A stretch of 64,000 nt of DNA, taken from positions 90,461,069 through 90,525,068 of the forward strand of contig NC_068989.1 in assembly GCF_001194135.2 (NCBI RefSeq), in the 5' to 3' direction. This document shows, one piece after another, positions 63,828 to 64,000 of this stretch. The stretch is from Octopus bimaculoides. Lineage: Eukaryota. Within the stretch, counting starts at the first letter, position 1. Each line of letters opens with the position of its first letter. Made by a program: the position numbers and the translations under genes. The notes beneath the pieces were generated by a model. The model was not told where the DNA came from. It saw only the letters and a list, made by a program, of their open reading frames with translations, and did no database searches.

Positions 63828-64000
63828 CATCATCATCATCATCATCGTTTAACGTCCGCCTTCCATGCTAGCATGGGTTGGACGATTTGACTGAGGACTG
63901 GTGAAACCGGATGGCAACACCAGGCTCCAGTCTGATTTGGCAGAGTTTCTACAGCTGGATGCCCTTCCTAACGCCAACCACTCAGAGAGTGTAGTGGGTG
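63828..64000 (-). mobile_element. Young RTE LINE 3' end, continuing beyond the window
   Basis: Nearly identical to 19894-20070. Confidence 0.85.

Overview
AT-rich animal genomic DNA with dense microsatellites, SINEs and N gaps; the repeat content suggests a cephalopod, probably Octopus (inferred, not verified). The main gene is a + strand AKAP9/pericentrin-like centrosomal coiled-coil gene. Seven phase-consistent coding exons lie between 41246 and 58080. Its first coding exon was not found and the gene continues past the last exon identified. The rest is retroelement and DNA-transposon debris: two abundant tRNA-type SINE families, RTE LINE fragments, an RLE (HERO-like) LINE with two solo LTRs, mariner remnants and TTAA MITEs. 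The most notable observation is a set of minimal type I hammerhead-ribozyme motifs from three unrelated repeat families (328-383, 1344-1386, and 49302/57416/57718). One family is a tRNA-headed SINE with a hammerhead in its tail and Penelope-like inverted architecture. Inside the gene's introns the two antisense copies keep the catalytic core, while the one sense copy has an inactivating G5 change.
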